From the NCBI GenBank assembly GCA_039920285.1, contig JBDSDX010000001.1:600001-632000 (forward strand): 32,000 nucleotides of DNA, given 5' to 3'. A program made the translations under genes and the position numbers. Positions 1 to 9,800 of this stretch are shown here, piece after piece. Origin of the DNA: Candidatus Saccharimonadota bacterium. Lineage in GTDB: Bacteria; Patescibacteriota; Saccharimonadia; Saccharimonadales; Saccharimonadaceae. The first letter of the stretch is position 1, and each line of letters starts with the position of its first letter. A model generated the notes under the pieces. That model saw only the letters and a list, made by a program, of their open reading frames with translations. It was not told the DNA's origin and ran no database searches.

Positions 1-1
1 C

Positions 2-718
2 CTGACGATGCTTGGTTTCCCAGCAACATTACCACCTGACATTGCTGCTAACTTCCAAGTTATCGTTCACCAATACTTCGACTTCTGGAAACCAAGTACA
101 ACAACCCTAATGACACCTGTCTTTGGACTTGGCTCAGCAATTCTGATCGGGCTTGGTCTCTACCGTTTAATCCGGACGCGTGAAACAACACGCAGTTATC
201 TCATTATTATTTGGCTCATTTGTTTAGTGCCAGTAATACTTATCAATCCAAGTTTCACGAGCGTCACATTTTTACCATCAGTCTTATTACTCGCAGCCGG
301 GTTAACGAGCCTTATAGGATATTGGTACCGTTTATTCCCACACAACCCTTACGCACGTGTCACTGGACTCATTCCGTTAGTTATTCTGGTTGTCGTCTTG
401 ATGGGATCTGGGCTCGACCGATTCATCTACGGGTATCACTATGACCCCAACACGGCGGTTAATTTTTCAAAAGATTTAACATTGATTCCAGCCAGCACAA
501 AACTCCTCGTTGTCACCCAAGATGAATTACCGTTTTATCAAGCCGTCTCTCATCACCGCGAGAACCTCAAAGTTGCATTGCAACCAACAGGTAAAACTTT
601 TACTGCAACGCGTGCTGCTAAGAACAATTTCACTGGGTATGTTATCAGTCGAATCGTCACCACAACCTATTCATCCGATAGCGACCGGTTGTATGTCTAT
701 AAAAAGGCCGTACAGTAA
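2..718 (+). CDS. C-terminal part of a polytopic membrane protein; the gene continues upstream of the window (possibly a GT-C/ArnT-PMT-like glycosyltransferase)
   Basis: The frame is open from the window edge, with no stop before the first ATG at 8. Several hydrophobic helices are present (VFGLGSAILIGLGLY, YLIIIWLICLVPVILI, LPSVLLLAAGLTSLIGYWY, GLIPLVILVVVLMG), followed by a soluble tail of about 100 aa. The family guess rests on architecture only. Confidence 0.5.
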   Translation: MTMLGFPATLPPDIAANFQVIVHQYFDFWKPSTTTLMTPVFGLGSAILIGLGLYRLIRTRETTRSYLIIIWLICLVPVILINPSFTSVTFLPSVLLLAAGLTSLIGYWYRLFPHNPYARVTGLIPLVILVVVLMGSGLDRFIYGYHYDPNTAVNFSKDLTLIPASTKLLVVTQDELPFYQAVSHHRENLKVALQPTGKTFTATRAAKNNFTGYVISRIVTTTYSSDSDRLYVYKKAVQ

Positions 719-758
719 CGTATAATTAAGATAGTAAGTAAAGACGGAGTTAAGAATT

Positions 759-1049
759 ATGGCTTTTGACCAAGTAAAGATGTTGAACCAACTGCGCAAA
801 GCGCAAAATGAATTGAAAAAAGAAGTAGTAGAAGTTGAAGCGGGTGATGGTGCTGTCATTGTGCAAATCACGGGTGAAATCAAAATTAAGAAAATCACTA
901 TTGATGCAGAACGAGTTGATGTCGACGACATCGGCGAACTTGAGCACTGGATTGAAATTGCGATTCGCGATGGGCTTGTGAAAGCACAAGAAATCGCTGC
1001 TGAAAAAATGAAGCCTCTTATGGGCGGACTCGGCAACCTAGGACTGTAG
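759..1049 (+). CDS. ybaB: YbaB/EbfC-family nucleoid-associated protein
   Basis: 96 aa. Family-typical pattern: N-terminal MLNQLRKAQNELKK, then EAGDGAVIVQITGEIKIKKITID, then a C-terminal PLMGGLGNLGL tail. It sits directly upstream of recR, the conserved ybaB-recR pairing. SD-like GACGGAG lies about 10 nt upstream. Confidence 0.9.
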   Translation: MAFDQVKMLNQLRKAQNELKKEVVEVEAGDGAVIVQITGEIKIKKITIDAERVDVDDIGELEHWIEIAIRDGLVKAQEIAAEKMKPLMGGLGNLGL

Positions 1050-1051
1050 TC

Positions 1052-1666
1052 GTGGCACGCTTGCTGCCCGTTGCACTCGAAAAACTGATTGATGAACTCG
1101 GCCGTCTGCCGGGTGTCGGTGTACGTACTGCGGAACGGTACGCTTATTTCTTGCTTCGAGCAGACCAGCGCATTAACGACGGGCTGGCTACTGCTATCCA
1201 TGATGTTCACGCACAAGTGAAGACTTGTCCTATCACTTTTGCCCTTATTGATGCTGACGACGACGTATCTGCACTGTATAGTGATCCTGATCGTGACAAA
1301 ACAACGATTGCTGTTGTCGAGGAACCCCTCGACATTGTCGCCCTGGAGCGCACAGGACAGTTTAAAGGCACATACCATGTCTTAGGAGGAGCTATTAGCC
1401 CTATCGATGGTATCGGCCCTGAGCAGCTTCATATCCCTGAATTACTAAAACGCTTAACCGATGACCACGTAAAAGAGGTGATTATCGCCACTAACGCGAG
1501 CGTTGAAGGGGAATCAACTGCACTCTTTTTGCAACGTCACGTGCTCGACGCTCAGATTGATGTCATCATGACTCGACTAGCACGAGGCATACCCGTTGGC
1601 GTTGATCTTGAGTACGCCGATCAAATTACACTCTCACACGCCCTCGAAGGCCGACGAACACTCTAA
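1052..1666 (+). CDS. recR: Recombination protein RecR
   Basis: GTG start 3 nt after the ybaB stop. N-terminal helix-hairpin-helix LIDELGRLPGVGVRTAERYAYFLL. Toprim-like core EEPLDIVALERTGQFKGTYHVLGGAISPIDGIGPEQL ... VKEVIIATNASVEGESTA, and C-terminal LARGIPVGVDLEYAD. Confidence 0.93.
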   Translation: MARLLPVALEKLIDELGRLPGVGVRTAERYAYFLLRADQRINDGLATAIHDVHAQVKTCPITFALIDADDDVSALYSDPDRDKTTIAVVEEPLDIVALERTGQFKGTYHVLGGAISPIDGIGPEQLHIPELLKRLTDDHVKEVIIATNASVEGESTALFLQRHVLDAQIDVIMTRLARGIPVGVDLEYADQITLSHALEGRRTL

Positions 1667-1687
1667 TCTCTGGTACAATAAGACCCA

Positions 1688-2683
1688 ATGTTCGATAATG
1701 CAATTGATCTCATGAAAGCGGCAAAGAAAATTGTCGTGATTCAGGCTGAAAACCCCGACGGTGATTCGCTCGGAAGCGCTTTGGGTCTCGAAGAAATCCT
1801 CAGCGATCTTGGTAAGGTGGTGAGTCTCTACTGTGACGTCGAAACACCGAAATACCTTCGCTATATCAACGGTTGGGACCGTGTGAGTCAAGATTTTGAT
1901 ACTTCGGCTGACCTCGCAATTATTGTCGACACGAGTAGCGAAACCTTAATCGGTAAATCACTTGATCTTCCTGGCGTCCGACATTTCTACGAAACACATC
2001 CCGTTCTTGTCATTGACCACCACAACTTAGTGGAATCGACGATGAGCTTTGAACATACACTTCTCAATGAAGAAGCTGTTGCCACTGGAGAGCTCTTGTA
2101 CTTCCTCGCGAATGAGGCAGGCTGGAACATCAACGCCGCTGGAGCTGAAGCGATGCTTGCAGGTATTCTTTCTGACAGTCTTGGTCTTTCTACCCAAACA
2201 ACCACCCATAAATCATATGAGGCCGCTGCAGGTTTGGTCAAACTCGGAGCAAATCCACATGCGCTCGAATCACGACGACGCGAGTTTATGAAAAAATCTG
2301 CCGAAATCCTCAACTACAAAGGTCGCCTCATTGAACGGATCGAATATTTCCTCGACGGTCGTCTAGCCTTGATCCATATCCCATGGGAAGAAATTCAAGA
2401 ATTTAGCGACCAATATAACCCGAGTGTTCTCGTACTTGATGAAATGCGTCTCGTCGAAGGGGTGCAACTGGCGATTGCTATCAAGACCTATCCTGACGGT
2501 AAATTGACCGGAAAACTTCGCAGCAACGCCCCCATATCCGAACAAGTTGCTGGCTTCTTTGGTGGTGGTGGCCACGCCTATTCTTCAGGCTTCCGCGTCT
2601 ATGAAGAATATGACAAAATGATCCCAGAACTACTAACTGCAACCGATAAGGCATTGACCGACTATGAGTCTTCGATTTCATAA
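1688..2683 (+). CDS. DHH/DHHA1 phosphoesterase (NrnA-like oligoribonuclease/pAp phosphatase)
   Basis: Motifs DGDSLGS, IIVDTS, VIDHH (the DHH motif) and DHHA1 GGGGHAYSSG. At 331 aa the length is typical of NrnA. Confidence 0.85.
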   Translation: MFDNAIDLMKAAKKIVVIQAENPDGDSLGSALGLEEILSDLGKVVSLYCDVETPKYLRYINGWDRVSQDFDTSADLAIIVDTSSETLIGKSLDLPGVRHFYETHPVLVIDHHNLVESTMSFEHTLLNEEAVATGELLYFLANEAGWNINAAGAEAMLAGILSDSLGLSTQTTTHKSYEAAAGLVKLGANPHALESRRREFMKKSAEILNYKGRLIERIEYFLDGRLALIHIPWEEIQEFSDQYNPSVLVLDEMRLVEGVQLAIAIKTYPDGKLTGKLRSNAPISEQVAGFFGGGGHAYSSGFRVYEEYDKMIPELLTATDKALTDYESSIS

Positions 2684-4124
2684 CCAACGAACGAAACAGG
2701 TAGATGAGTTCACTCCTCAAGCAGAGGGTCAAGTCAGCCTCTATACGTGTGGCCCGACCGTATATGACTACCCCCACGTCGGTAACTGGTCTGGCTATGT
2801 ATACTGGGATATTCTCATTCGTGTGCTCCAAGCGAACAATCTCAACGTCACACGTGTGATGAATATCACCGATGTTGGTCACTTGGTAAGCGACGCCGAT
2901 GACGGTGAAGATAAACTCGAAAAAGGCGCTCGTCGTGAGGGCAAAACAGCCTGGGAAATCGCTGCATTTTATACTGATGACTTCATGAAGGGGATCGAAC
3001 GCCTCGGTCTTATTATGCCAACACATATTACGAAAGCGACCGATTACATCGAGCAGCAGCTCGACCTCGTCCGAATACTAAAAGAAAAAGGCTTCACCTA
3101 CGAAATCGACGATGGTATATATTTTGACACTGCAAAATTCCCAAGCTACGATGACTTTGCTGATTTGAATCTTGAAGCTCAAAAAGCTGGCGCACGAGTT
3201 GAGTTCAATCCTGAAAAAAGAAACCACAGCGACTTTGCACTCTGGAAGTTTACCCCAGAAGGTGAAACGCGTGACATGGAGTGGGAAACGCCTGCAGATC
3301 TCATCAACGATAATGAAACACGTCAAGGTTTTCCTGGCTGGCATCTCGAATGCTCAGCTATGGCTATGAGCCTACTCGGTAACACGCTCGATCTTCATAC
3401 GGGTGGCATTGACCATGTTCCTGTTCATCACACCAATGAAATTGCCCAATCTGAAGCGGCAAGCGGCGTTCAATTTAGTAACTACTGGCTTCACAACAAT
3501 CACCTGAAGGTGAACGGTACCAAGATTAGCAAATCTCTCGGAAACGGTATAACACTCGATGACATTGAAGCCAAAGGCTACGATGTGCTCGATTTCCGTT
3601 TGTTTGTTTTGCAGAGTCATTATCGAACTGAGGGTAACTTTACGTACGAAAACCTAGACGCTGCTAAGAACCGCCGCCTTAACTGGCGTAGTGTCGCTGC
3701 ACTCCGGCATCAAACCCACGATACGCTCCGTGATGATAACGAGAAATCAACTGACGAGAAGTCTGTGTCACTCTACGCAGCATCACAAGCCCTTGTCGAA
3801 ACGCTCTCTAACGATCTCGACACACCAGAAGCTTTCAAGATCATTGACGATGCCTTTAGTCGTATTCTTGGTGCATCAGTCGATGATATTCACCAACATG
3901 CTTTCACTGGCTTTATTGAGACTATTGATGAGCTTCTCGGACTCCAACTCATAAAAACCACGCCTGACATTGATGATGATATCAAACGTCTTATTGTTGA
4001 GCGTGAAAGAGCTCGTGACAACAAAGACTGGAGCCAAGCTGATACACTTCGTTCTGAAATAGAAAAGAGCGGCATCACTGTTCGTGATACCGCCAATGGC
4101 TCAATTTGGGAATACGTTGCTTAG
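2664..4124 (+). CDS. cysS: Cysteine--tRNA ligase
   Basis: Class I aaRS signatures: HVGN (HIGH) near the N-terminus and KISKSLGN (KMSKS). Also FPGWHLECSAM and GGIDHVPVHHTNEIAQSEA, typical of CysRS. The start overlaps the upstream gene by 20 nt. Confidence 0.95.
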   Translation: MSLRFHNQRTKQVDEFTPQAEGQVSLYTCGPTVYDYPHVGNWSGYVYWDILIRVLQANNLNVTRVMNITDVGHLVSDADDGEDKLEKGARREGKTAWEIAAFYTDDFMKGIERLGLIMPTHITKATDYIEQQLDLVRILKEKGFTYEIDDGIYFDTAKFPSYDDFADLNLEAQKAGARVEFNPEKRNHSDFALWKFTPEGETRDMEWETPADLINDNETRQGFPGWHLECSAMAMSLLGNTLDLHTGGIDHVPVHHTNEIAQSEAASGVQFSNYWLHNNHLKVNGTKISKSLGNGITLDDIEAKGYDVLDFRLFVLQSHYRTEGNFTYENLDAAKNRRLNWRSVAALRHQTHDTLRDDNEKSTDEKSVSLYAASQALVETLSNDLDTPEAFKIIDDAFSRILGASVDDIHQHAFTGFIETIDELLGLQLIKTTPDIDDDIKRLIVERERARDNKDWSQADTLRSEIEKSGITVRDTANGSIWEYVA

Positions 4125-5230
4125 GCTTTTTCTAATTCTTTCTTAGAAACTTTTTTACTATTACGTTCCATCAAGTGCTCATCAATCAATACTCGGATTG
4201 TGCCAGCGATTGGAATCGCGATAATACCGCCAACCAGTCCAAACATGTACAAACCAACGGTGATCGCGACCAGTACAGCCAAGGCTGAGAGTTCATTCTT
4301 ACGTGCTTGAATGTGTGGTGCGATAAAGTTATTTTCAATCTGCTGATACACGACAAAGTAGATGATGTAGACAAGTGCCGCAGGAATACTACTGAAAGCA
4401 AGTAATGCGGTAATAAACACCGCGCCAATAGTTGACCCGAACATCGGAATCAATGACAAGATAAAGGTGATAGCGACTGTTGGCATTGCGAGGTTAGCTG
4501 GTAGTTCATGGAAGATAAGACTTAGGACGAAGACGGTAAACCCGGCGAGGGTTGCAGCGACAGTCGATACGGTTAGTTGTCCGGTAATGTAACCCTGAAC
4601 GACTCCATAGATTCGACTAATGATGCGTCGGTGCGTCACCATACGAGCTTTATTCTGATACAGAGACCAGATGCGTTCCATCCACATCGGACCTTCGATC
4701 AGCATCAAGAAGGTAAGGACTAACACTAAGAAGAGTGAGATCACGAAGAAGAACAATGAACCAATACCGCTGATGACACTCTGACCAACATTACTTGCCC
4801 AGCCAGCCGCACTGTCTTTAATCGAATTAACTGCACTGTCTACTTGTGGTTGTAGATTGTATTGATCAACAAAACCGCGAAGACCATCCCATGATTTGGT
4901 TGCACTATCAACAAAAGTCGGAAGTGTCTGTGCAAACTTAGCTGTTTGCTGGACAACCGGTGGAATCACGAGGAATATAACGGCACCAAGTAAGATGACG
5001 ATCGCGACGTATGCAATCGCCGTTGCACCAATTCGACTTTTACCAGGGAGTTTTTTTGAAATTCGTGAGACTGGAGCATTCAGGGCGAGAGCCAAGAAAA
5101 GTGAGACGCCAATAATAATAAGTGCGGTACGGGCGTTGTAAGCTAAGTAGACTGCTAATCCCAATCCAATGACGACGAGCCAAAAACGTATAAATGTTCG
5201 CGTATCAATATGTACAGTGCTATTCTTCAT
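4121..5230 (-). CDS. AI-2E family (PerM/YhhT-like) membrane transporter
   Basis: About 8 TM helices and the family-typical C-terminal region NNFIAPHIQARKNELSALAVLVAITVGLYMFGLVGGIIAIPIAG. I prefer the ATG at 5230 (MKNSTVHID) because a TATAAT box at 5238-5243 (minus strand) lies 7 nt upstream. The GTG at 5248 would fall upstream of that -10 box. Confidence 0.85.
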   Translation of the reverse strand: MKNSTVHIDTRTFIRFWLVVIGLGLAVYLAYNARTALIIIGVSLFLALALNAPVSRISKKLPGKSRIGATAIAYVAIVILLGAVIFLVIPPVVQQTAKFAQTLPTFVDSATKSWDGLRGFVDQYNLQPQVDSAVNSIKDSAAGWASNVGQSVISGIGSLFFFVISLFLVLVLTFLMLIEGPMWMERIWSLYQNKARMVTHRRIISRIYGVVQGYITGQLTVSTVAATLAGFTVFVLSLIFHELPANLAMPTVAITFILSLIPMFGSTIGAVFITALLAFSSIPAALVYIIYFVVYQQIENNFIAPHIQARKNELSALAVLVAITVGLYMFGLVGGIIAIPIAGTIRVLIDEHLMERNSKKVSKKELEKA

Positions 5231-5308
5231 GATTCGTATTATACACACAATATCTTGAAAGCAGTACCCTCGACAACATGGTCGTGCTTACGGTATAGTG
5301 TCAGTAGT

Positions 5309-6973
5309 ATGGAACAACTCCTCGGTACACTACATTCGATCTTCAAAGGCGAAATCTTAACCGATGACGCTACCCGTGCTAACTTTAGTCACGATGCGAG
5401 TATTTATGAGTTAGTGCCGCAAGCTGTTTTGGCACCAAAAGATAGCAAGGACATTCAAAACCTCGTCACATTCGTTAATGACAATAAGAAACTTCACCCA
5501 AGTCTTTCGATCACTCCACGAAGTGCAGGCACAGATATGTCTGGCGGCGCAATTGGTGGCTCACTCGTTATCGATATGCTCAAACATTTCAATACCATAG
5601 AAGGTCTCTCGGGAAACCTTCTTCACACTCAACCGGGTGTGTATATGCGTGACATTGATCCACTTTTAGCTGAAAAGAATCTTATGCTCGGTTGTGTCCC
5701 CGCAAGTCGTGCCATCAATACAATCGGTGGTATGGTCGGTAACAATTCTGGCGGTGAACAATCGCTTCGCTACGGCAATACTGAACGCTCGGTTCGCGAA
5801 CTAAAAGTAGTGTTAGCGGATGGTAAAGAATACACCGTGAAACCACTCACCAAGAAAGAGCTTGACGTCAAGCTTAAACAAAAAACTTACGAATCTGAAC
5901 TCTATCGTAAAGTATACGAACTGATCGAGAACAATTACGATCTTGTTAAGAATGCTCGTCCGCATGTCAACAAGAACTCGATGGGCTACAACATATGGAG
6001 TGTCTGGGACCGAGGCACCGGTATTTTCGATCTCACTCGTTTATTTACGGGGAGTCAGGGGACACTCGGTATTATCACTGACATCAAGATCGAAGCCGTC
6101 CCAAAAGCAACACACGAAGGATTATTGCTTGCGTATTTACCATCTTTGAAACATCTTGGAGATATTATTCCTGCAGTTATGAAACATAACCCGTCAACGT
6201 TTGAGGGTTTTGATGATATCACTTTCAATCTCGGCATTCGTTATTTCTCAACGTTTCGAAAACAGCTCGGTATAAAAGAATGGGCCCGCCAACAAGCTCG
6301 GCTCCTAGGTACTGTTGCAAAGTTTAAGGGTCATTTACCTAGCATTCTTCTCATGATTGAGTTTGAAGGTGAGACAAAAGAAGAAGTCTACGAAAAAATT
6401 TCGAAGATGTACGACGCTCTCAAAAAATACAAAATAAAAATGGATATTGAAGGCGACGAATCATCCGATGCCCCGTTTTGGCAAATTCGTCGTGCAGCAT
6501 TGGCACTTCTTCGCAACCGCGTTCATGATAAATATGCATCGCCATTCATCGATGACATGACCGTCCAGCCGAAGCATACGCCTTTGTTTGTGCCTGAGCT
6601 TCGTAAAGTAATCAGAAAATATAAACTCCCTGCCACAATTCAAGGCCACTTCGGTGATGGAAACTTCCACGTTATTCCATTGATGGATATTGCGAGCACG
6701 AAAGATCAGTTGAGACTTGAGCCTGTTATGCGAGAACTCATTCCGATCGTACTGAAATATGGTGGAACGATGGCAGGTGAGCACAACGACGGTATGGTTC
6801 GTGGCCCGTGGTTACCGGCTGTTTTTGGACGCGATATGTATAATATCTTTAAAGCCACAAAAGAAATTTTTGACCCTAACTACATATTTAACCCCCACAA
6901 GAAAACCGATGCGTCGTGGGAATACAGTATGGACCATATTCGTACCAAAAACTCGAATGGTCTTATCAAGTAG
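5309..6973 (+). CDS. FAD-linked oxidase (FAD_binding_4 / GlcD-like dehydrogenase)
   Basis: PCMH-type FAD-binding region: ITPRSAGTDMSGGAIGGSLVID ... GGMVGNNSGGEQSLRYGNTERSVRELKVVLADG ... FTGSQGTLGIITDIKIE. C-terminal GGTMAGEHNDGMVRG. I prefer the start at ATG 5309 (MEQLLG) because TCGACA-18-TATAGT (5270-5299) precedes it. Confidence 0.8.
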   Translation: MEQLLGTLHSIFKGEILTDDATRANFSHDASIYELVPQAVLAPKDSKDIQNLVTFVNDNKKLHPSLSITPRSAGTDMSGGAIGGSLVIDMLKHFNTIEGLSGNLLHTQPGVYMRDIDPLLAEKNLMLGCVPASRAINTIGGMVGNNSGGEQSLRYGNTERSVRELKVVLADGKEYTVKPLTKKELDVKLKQKTYESELYRKVYELIENNYDLVKNARPHVNKNSMGYNIWSVWDRGTGIFDLTRLFTGSQGTLGIITDIKIEAVPKATHEGLLLAYLPSLKHLGDIIPAVMKHNPSTFEGFDDITFNLGIRYFSTFRKQLGIKEWARQQARLLGTVAKFKGHLPSILLMIEFEGETKEEVYEKISKMYDALKKYKIKMDIEGDESSDAPFWQIRRAALALLRNRVHDKYASPFIDDMTVQPKHTPLFVPELRKVIRKYKLPATIQGHFGDGNFHVIPLMDIASTKDQLRLEPVMRELIPIVLKYGGTMAGEHNDGMVRGPWLPAVFGRDMYNIFKATKEIFDPNYIFNPHKKTDASWEYSMDHIRTKNSNGLIK

Positions 6974-6981
6974 TTACCCCT

Positions 6982-7010
6982 TTGACGACTATAGCTAGAT
7001 AATGTATAGT
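6982..7010 (+). promoter_or_regulatory. Sigma-70-type promoter TTGACG-17 nt-TATAGT for the HxlR-family gene
   Basis: TTGACG at 6982-6987 and TATAGT at 7005-7010, with an exact 17-nt spacer. The ATG at 7020 is only 9 nt downstream, giving a near-leaderless transcript. The -10 box lies just after the ORF-track ATG at 7002, so the predicted transcription start falls downstream of that ATG and argues against it. Confidence 0.55.
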
Positions 7011-7019
7011 AATAGGACG

Positions 7020-7340
7020 ATGAACAGCACCGAAAATATTGGCTGCGTCAAAGCAGCAACCAAAATCGTTGGTGACAAATGGACACCCCAATTGCTCCGT
7101 TTCTTTATTAACGAACAAACAGTTCGTTTCTGCCAAATTCAAGATTTAGTTGAAGGCATTAACCCTCGAACACTTTCTGCGCGCCTCGACTCGCTTGAAT
7201 CTGAAGGAATTATTATCAAATCTGCAACAACATCTGAAAGTCGTTGCGAATATAGCCTCACTAAAAAGGGCCGTGACCTCATGCCAATCCTTAAGGATAT
7301 GCAAGTGTGGAGTGATCAATATGCTCCCGTCGCTGCTTAA
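7020..7340 (+). CDS. HxlR-family winged-helix transcriptional regulator
   Basis: CVKAATKIVGDKWTPQLLRFF ... RFCQIQDLVEGINPRTLSARLDSLESEGII ... YSLTKKGRDL matches the HxlR pattern (C-x-GDKW, LS-RL-LE-GI). Confidence 0.85.
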   Translation: MNSTENIGCVKAATKIVGDKWTPQLLRFFINEQTVRFCQIQDLVEGINPRTLSARLDSLESEGIIIKSATTSESRCEYSLTKKGRDLMPILKDMQVWSDQYAPVAA

Positions 7341-7403
7341 GACATTCTTAATATCATCCTAAAATTAAGTATTTTTTAAGGAGCAGAAGCCTATACTGAG
7401 TAT

Positions 7404-8075
7404 ATGAGAGTTCTGATTGTTGAAGATGAACACAAGATTGCCCGTGCTTTGAAAAAAGCGCTCGAGCAAGAGACTTACGCAGTTGACGTCGCCTTTGATG
7501 GTGATGAAGGTCATGCGATGGCGACCACAGAACCCTACGATATTGCGATCATCGATCGCATGATCCCTGGTGAATACGACGGTCTCGGGATCGTAAAAGC
7601 GATGCGCGACGCAAAAGTCCATACACCGGTTCTTTTCTTAAGCGCACTTGGTAGTGTTGCTGAGCGAACTGCTGGTCTCGACGCTGGTGCTGACGATTAT
7701 CTCGTGAAACCATTCGCACTTGAAGAACTATTGGCTCGTGTTCGCGCTCTTCTTCGACGTCCAACTGAACAACAAGCTACTATTCTGTCTATTGGTGACT
7801 TATCGCTAAATACCGTGACCTACAGCGTTGAGCGCGCTGGCACACCGATCCAACTGACAAGCAAAGAATTTGCACTCCTTGAATATCTGCTTCGTAACCC
7901 TGGCCGTCCTCTAAGCAAAGAGGTCATCATTAGCCATGTCTGGGACTACGATGCCGACATACTCCCAAATACTGTTGAAGTCTATATAAAATATTTACGA
8001 AATAAAATTGATATTCCATTCAAAACCGAATTGATTCATACAGTTCGTGGCTTTGGATACAAACTTGAGGCGTAA
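7404..8075 (+). CDS. OmpR/PhoB-family response regulator
   Basis: Receiver domain MRVLIVEDE ... DIAIIDRMIPG ... DDYLVKPF. Winged-helix output LTSKEFALLEYLLRNPGRPLSKEVIISHVW ... VEVYIKYLRNKID ... IHTVRGFGYKL. Confidence 0.92.
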   Translation: MRVLIVEDEHKIARALKKALEQETYAVDVAFDGDEGHAMATTEPYDIAIIDRMIPGEYDGLGIVKAMRDAKVHTPVLFLSALGSVAERTAGLDAGADDYLVKPFALEELLARVRALLRRPTEQQATILSIGDLSLNTVTYSVERAGTPIQLTSKEFALLEYLLRNPGRPLSKEVIISHVWDYDADILPNTVEVYIKYLRNKIDIPFKTELIHTVRGFGYKLEA

Positions 8076-8085
8076 CGCAGTGCAG

Positions 8086-9147
8086 ATGTTTCATTCAGCA
8101 ACTCTCAAGCTCACTGCATGGTATTTAGGTATTATTATGATAATCAGCATCCTTTTCAGTTTCGCTATTTATCAAATCAATTTCCATGAGGTGAATATCC
8201 GTCTTGAAAACCTCGAGAACGGCCTCGTAAGTAACCAAGGTTTTCGGACCGTCATTATAAAAGGTAACGGAAACGAACTTCGTCAAATACAATCAGATCA
8301 AGCTGCCTTACAAATGGTCATGTCACTGCTGTATATTAATATCATTATCCTCGTCGCAGGAGGATTCGGAAGTTATCTTTTAGCTCGTCGGACCCTGAGA
8401 CCAATAGAGGAGGCTCATGAGGCACAAAGCCGTTTTACGAGTGACGCCAGCCATGAGCTCCGTACTCCGCTGACAGTCATCAAAGCCGAGATTGAAGTGT
8501 TATTACGTGATAAGAAAATTGATCCAGATGAAGCGCGTGAACTCATGGTAAGCAACCTCGAAGAAATTGATAAACTTATTCGACTTTCTGAGATGCTTTT
8601 GAATTTATCGCGGCTTGATGAAGACAACCTCGAAAAGAAAACGCTCGATATGCCAGCACTGCTTAATGAAACATTAAAATCGTTTAAAGCATCTCAAAAA
8701 CGATTTGATGTCACAACTCGAAAAAATGCCACCATCTACGGAAACAGCGCTGCTATTTCTGAACTTATAACGATTTTGATTGATAACGCCTTAAAATATA
8801 GTGATCTCAGCTCTCGCATTTCTATTCGTGTATTCCAAAAACAGCGCACCATTGGATGCGAAATTATCAATAACGGACCGACTATTAAAGAGGAAGTGCT
8901 TCCGCATCTCTTTGAACGTTTCTACCGCGGCGACACTTCTCGAACTAATAGCACAAAAAATGGCTACGGCCTCGGGCTGGCGATCGCGAAAAAGATTGTC
9001 GACAATCACGACGGAGAAATTCAGGTTAAAAGTAAAGATAATAAGACGGTTTTCACGTTCTATCTCCCCATTCATAAGACTATCGACATCGAGACAAAAC
9101 CTAAAAATCATAACAATTCGACAGACGGCAAAATTACAACAAAATAA
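8086..9147 (+). CDS. Sensor histidine kinase (HisKA + HATPase_c)
   Basis: Two TM helices flank a short sensor loop. H-box FTSDASHELRTPLT, N-box LIDNALKYS, and G-boxes YRGDTSRT ... GYGLGLAIAKKIV. I prefer the ATG at 8086 (MFHSATLKL), 10 nt after the response-regulator stop, over the overlapping 8047 start. Confidence 0.9.
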   Translation: MFHSATLKLTAWYLGIIMIISILFSFAIYQINFHEVNIRLENLENGLVSNQGFRTVIIKGNGNELRQIQSDQAALQMVMSLLYINIIILVAGGFGSYLLARRTLRPIEEAHEAQSRFTSDASHELRTPLTVIKAEIEVLLRDKKIDPDEARELMVSNLEEIDKLIRLSEMLLNLSRLDEDNLEKKTLDMPALLNETLKSFKASQKRFDVTTRKNATIYGNSAAISELITILIDNALKYSDLSSRISIRVFQKQRTIGCEIINNGPTIKEEVLPHLFERFYRGDTSRTNSTKNGYGLGLAIAKKIVDNHDGEIQVKSKDNKTVFTFYLPIHKTIDIETKPKNHNNSTDGKITTK

Positions 9148-9255
9148 AGTGTTTTTTTAAGAATTAACTCAGGAAGTTAGGCGATACTAATAAACAGTAG
9201 CAGTAATAAAAAGCTACACAAACAAGTGCTTCGCACAAAAGGAGTGAGTGAACAT

Positions 9256-9738
9256 ATGAACACCACCATCACCGCTAAACACAACACTATCCTACTCAGC
9301 AAGAAGGGTATGAAAGAACTACGCAAAGCAATTGCACTACTCGAGCATGACCGACAGTCTGTCATCCGCGGCCTGCACGATATTGATAAAAGCACCGGTC
9401 ACGACGACCGACTAGCCCGCATTGAGCAGCTAGCCCGTCTCGAGGCAATCGAAGCAGAGCTTGTTGATAAGCATCAAACGCTGAACAATGCGAGACTACT
9501 ACCATCTAAGCGTGCTCGTATGAAAGTCGCTATCGGGTCTGTCGTTGATCTCATTGATCAACAGGGTCAGCTCGTTCGCTACACATTAGTTGATACCATC
9601 GAAGCAAACCCAAGTGACGGACGTATTTCAGTCGTCAGTCCACTCGGAAGTAACTTGGTTGGTAAAACGGTGAAAGACATTGTCGAATGGAGTTCTGGAA
9701 TTCAGAACAACACACTGCGCCTCATCCGTATTAACTAA
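9256..9738 (+). CDS. GreA/GreB-family transcript-cleavage-factor-like protein
   Basis: C-terminal FKBP-like domain VAIGSVVDLIDQQGQLVRYTLVDTIEANPSDGRISVVSPLGSNLVGKTVKDIV fits the GreA C-terminal pattern, and the N-terminal half is predicted coiled-coil. ATG 9256 is preceded by AAAGGAG (9238-9244), so I prefer it over GTG 9226. Confidence 0.8.
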   Translation: MNTTITAKHNTILLSKKGMKELRKAIALLEHDRQSVIRGLHDIDKSTGHDDRLARIEQLARLEAIEAELVDKHQTLNNARLLPSKRARMKVAIGSVVDLIDQQGQLVRYTLVDTIEANPSDGRISVVSPLGSNLVGKTVKDIVEWSSGIQNNTLRLIRIN

Positions 9739-9758
9739 TAATCAGCAATAAATATGAA

Positions 9759-9786
9759 TAGCCCCTCATAACGGGGGCTATTTTTG
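9759..9786 (+). terminator. Rho-independent terminator after the GreA-like gene
   Basis: TAGCCCC (9759-9765) pairs with GGGGCTA (9774-9780) across an 8-nt loop, followed by TTTTT (9781-9785). Confidence 0.8.
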
Positions 9787-9793
9787 TTACAAT
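9785..9793 (+). promoter_or_regulatory. Extended -10 element TGtTACAAT for the P-type ATPase gene
   Basis: TGTTACAAT at 9785-9793. ATG 9801 is 7 nt downstream and there is no SD, so a leaderless start is predicted. Confidence 0.45.
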
Positions 9794-9800
9794 AGTGGTA

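Noticed and set aside
671-1378. 235-aa minus-strand ORF overlapping ybaB and recR
   Set aside because: It is antisense to two genes with strong family motifs. Its translation is Ser/Cys/Thr-rich with no recognisable domain or start signals, so it is a shadow ORF.
2481-3026. 181-aa minus-strand ORF, and similar antisense ORFs at 10169-10588 and 29307-29723
   Set aside because: They are antisense to cysS, the P-type ATPase and xfp respectively, and have no independent support.
5210-5308. N-terminal extensions offered by the ORF track (5210 for the oxidase, 7002 for HxlR, 8047 for the kinase, 9226 for the GreA-like gene, 22858 for the beta-helix gene, 5248 for AI-2E)
   Set aside because: Each extension either overlaps a promoter or -10 element or lacks an SD. 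In each case an internal ATG sits at the conserved protein N-terminus with better signals.
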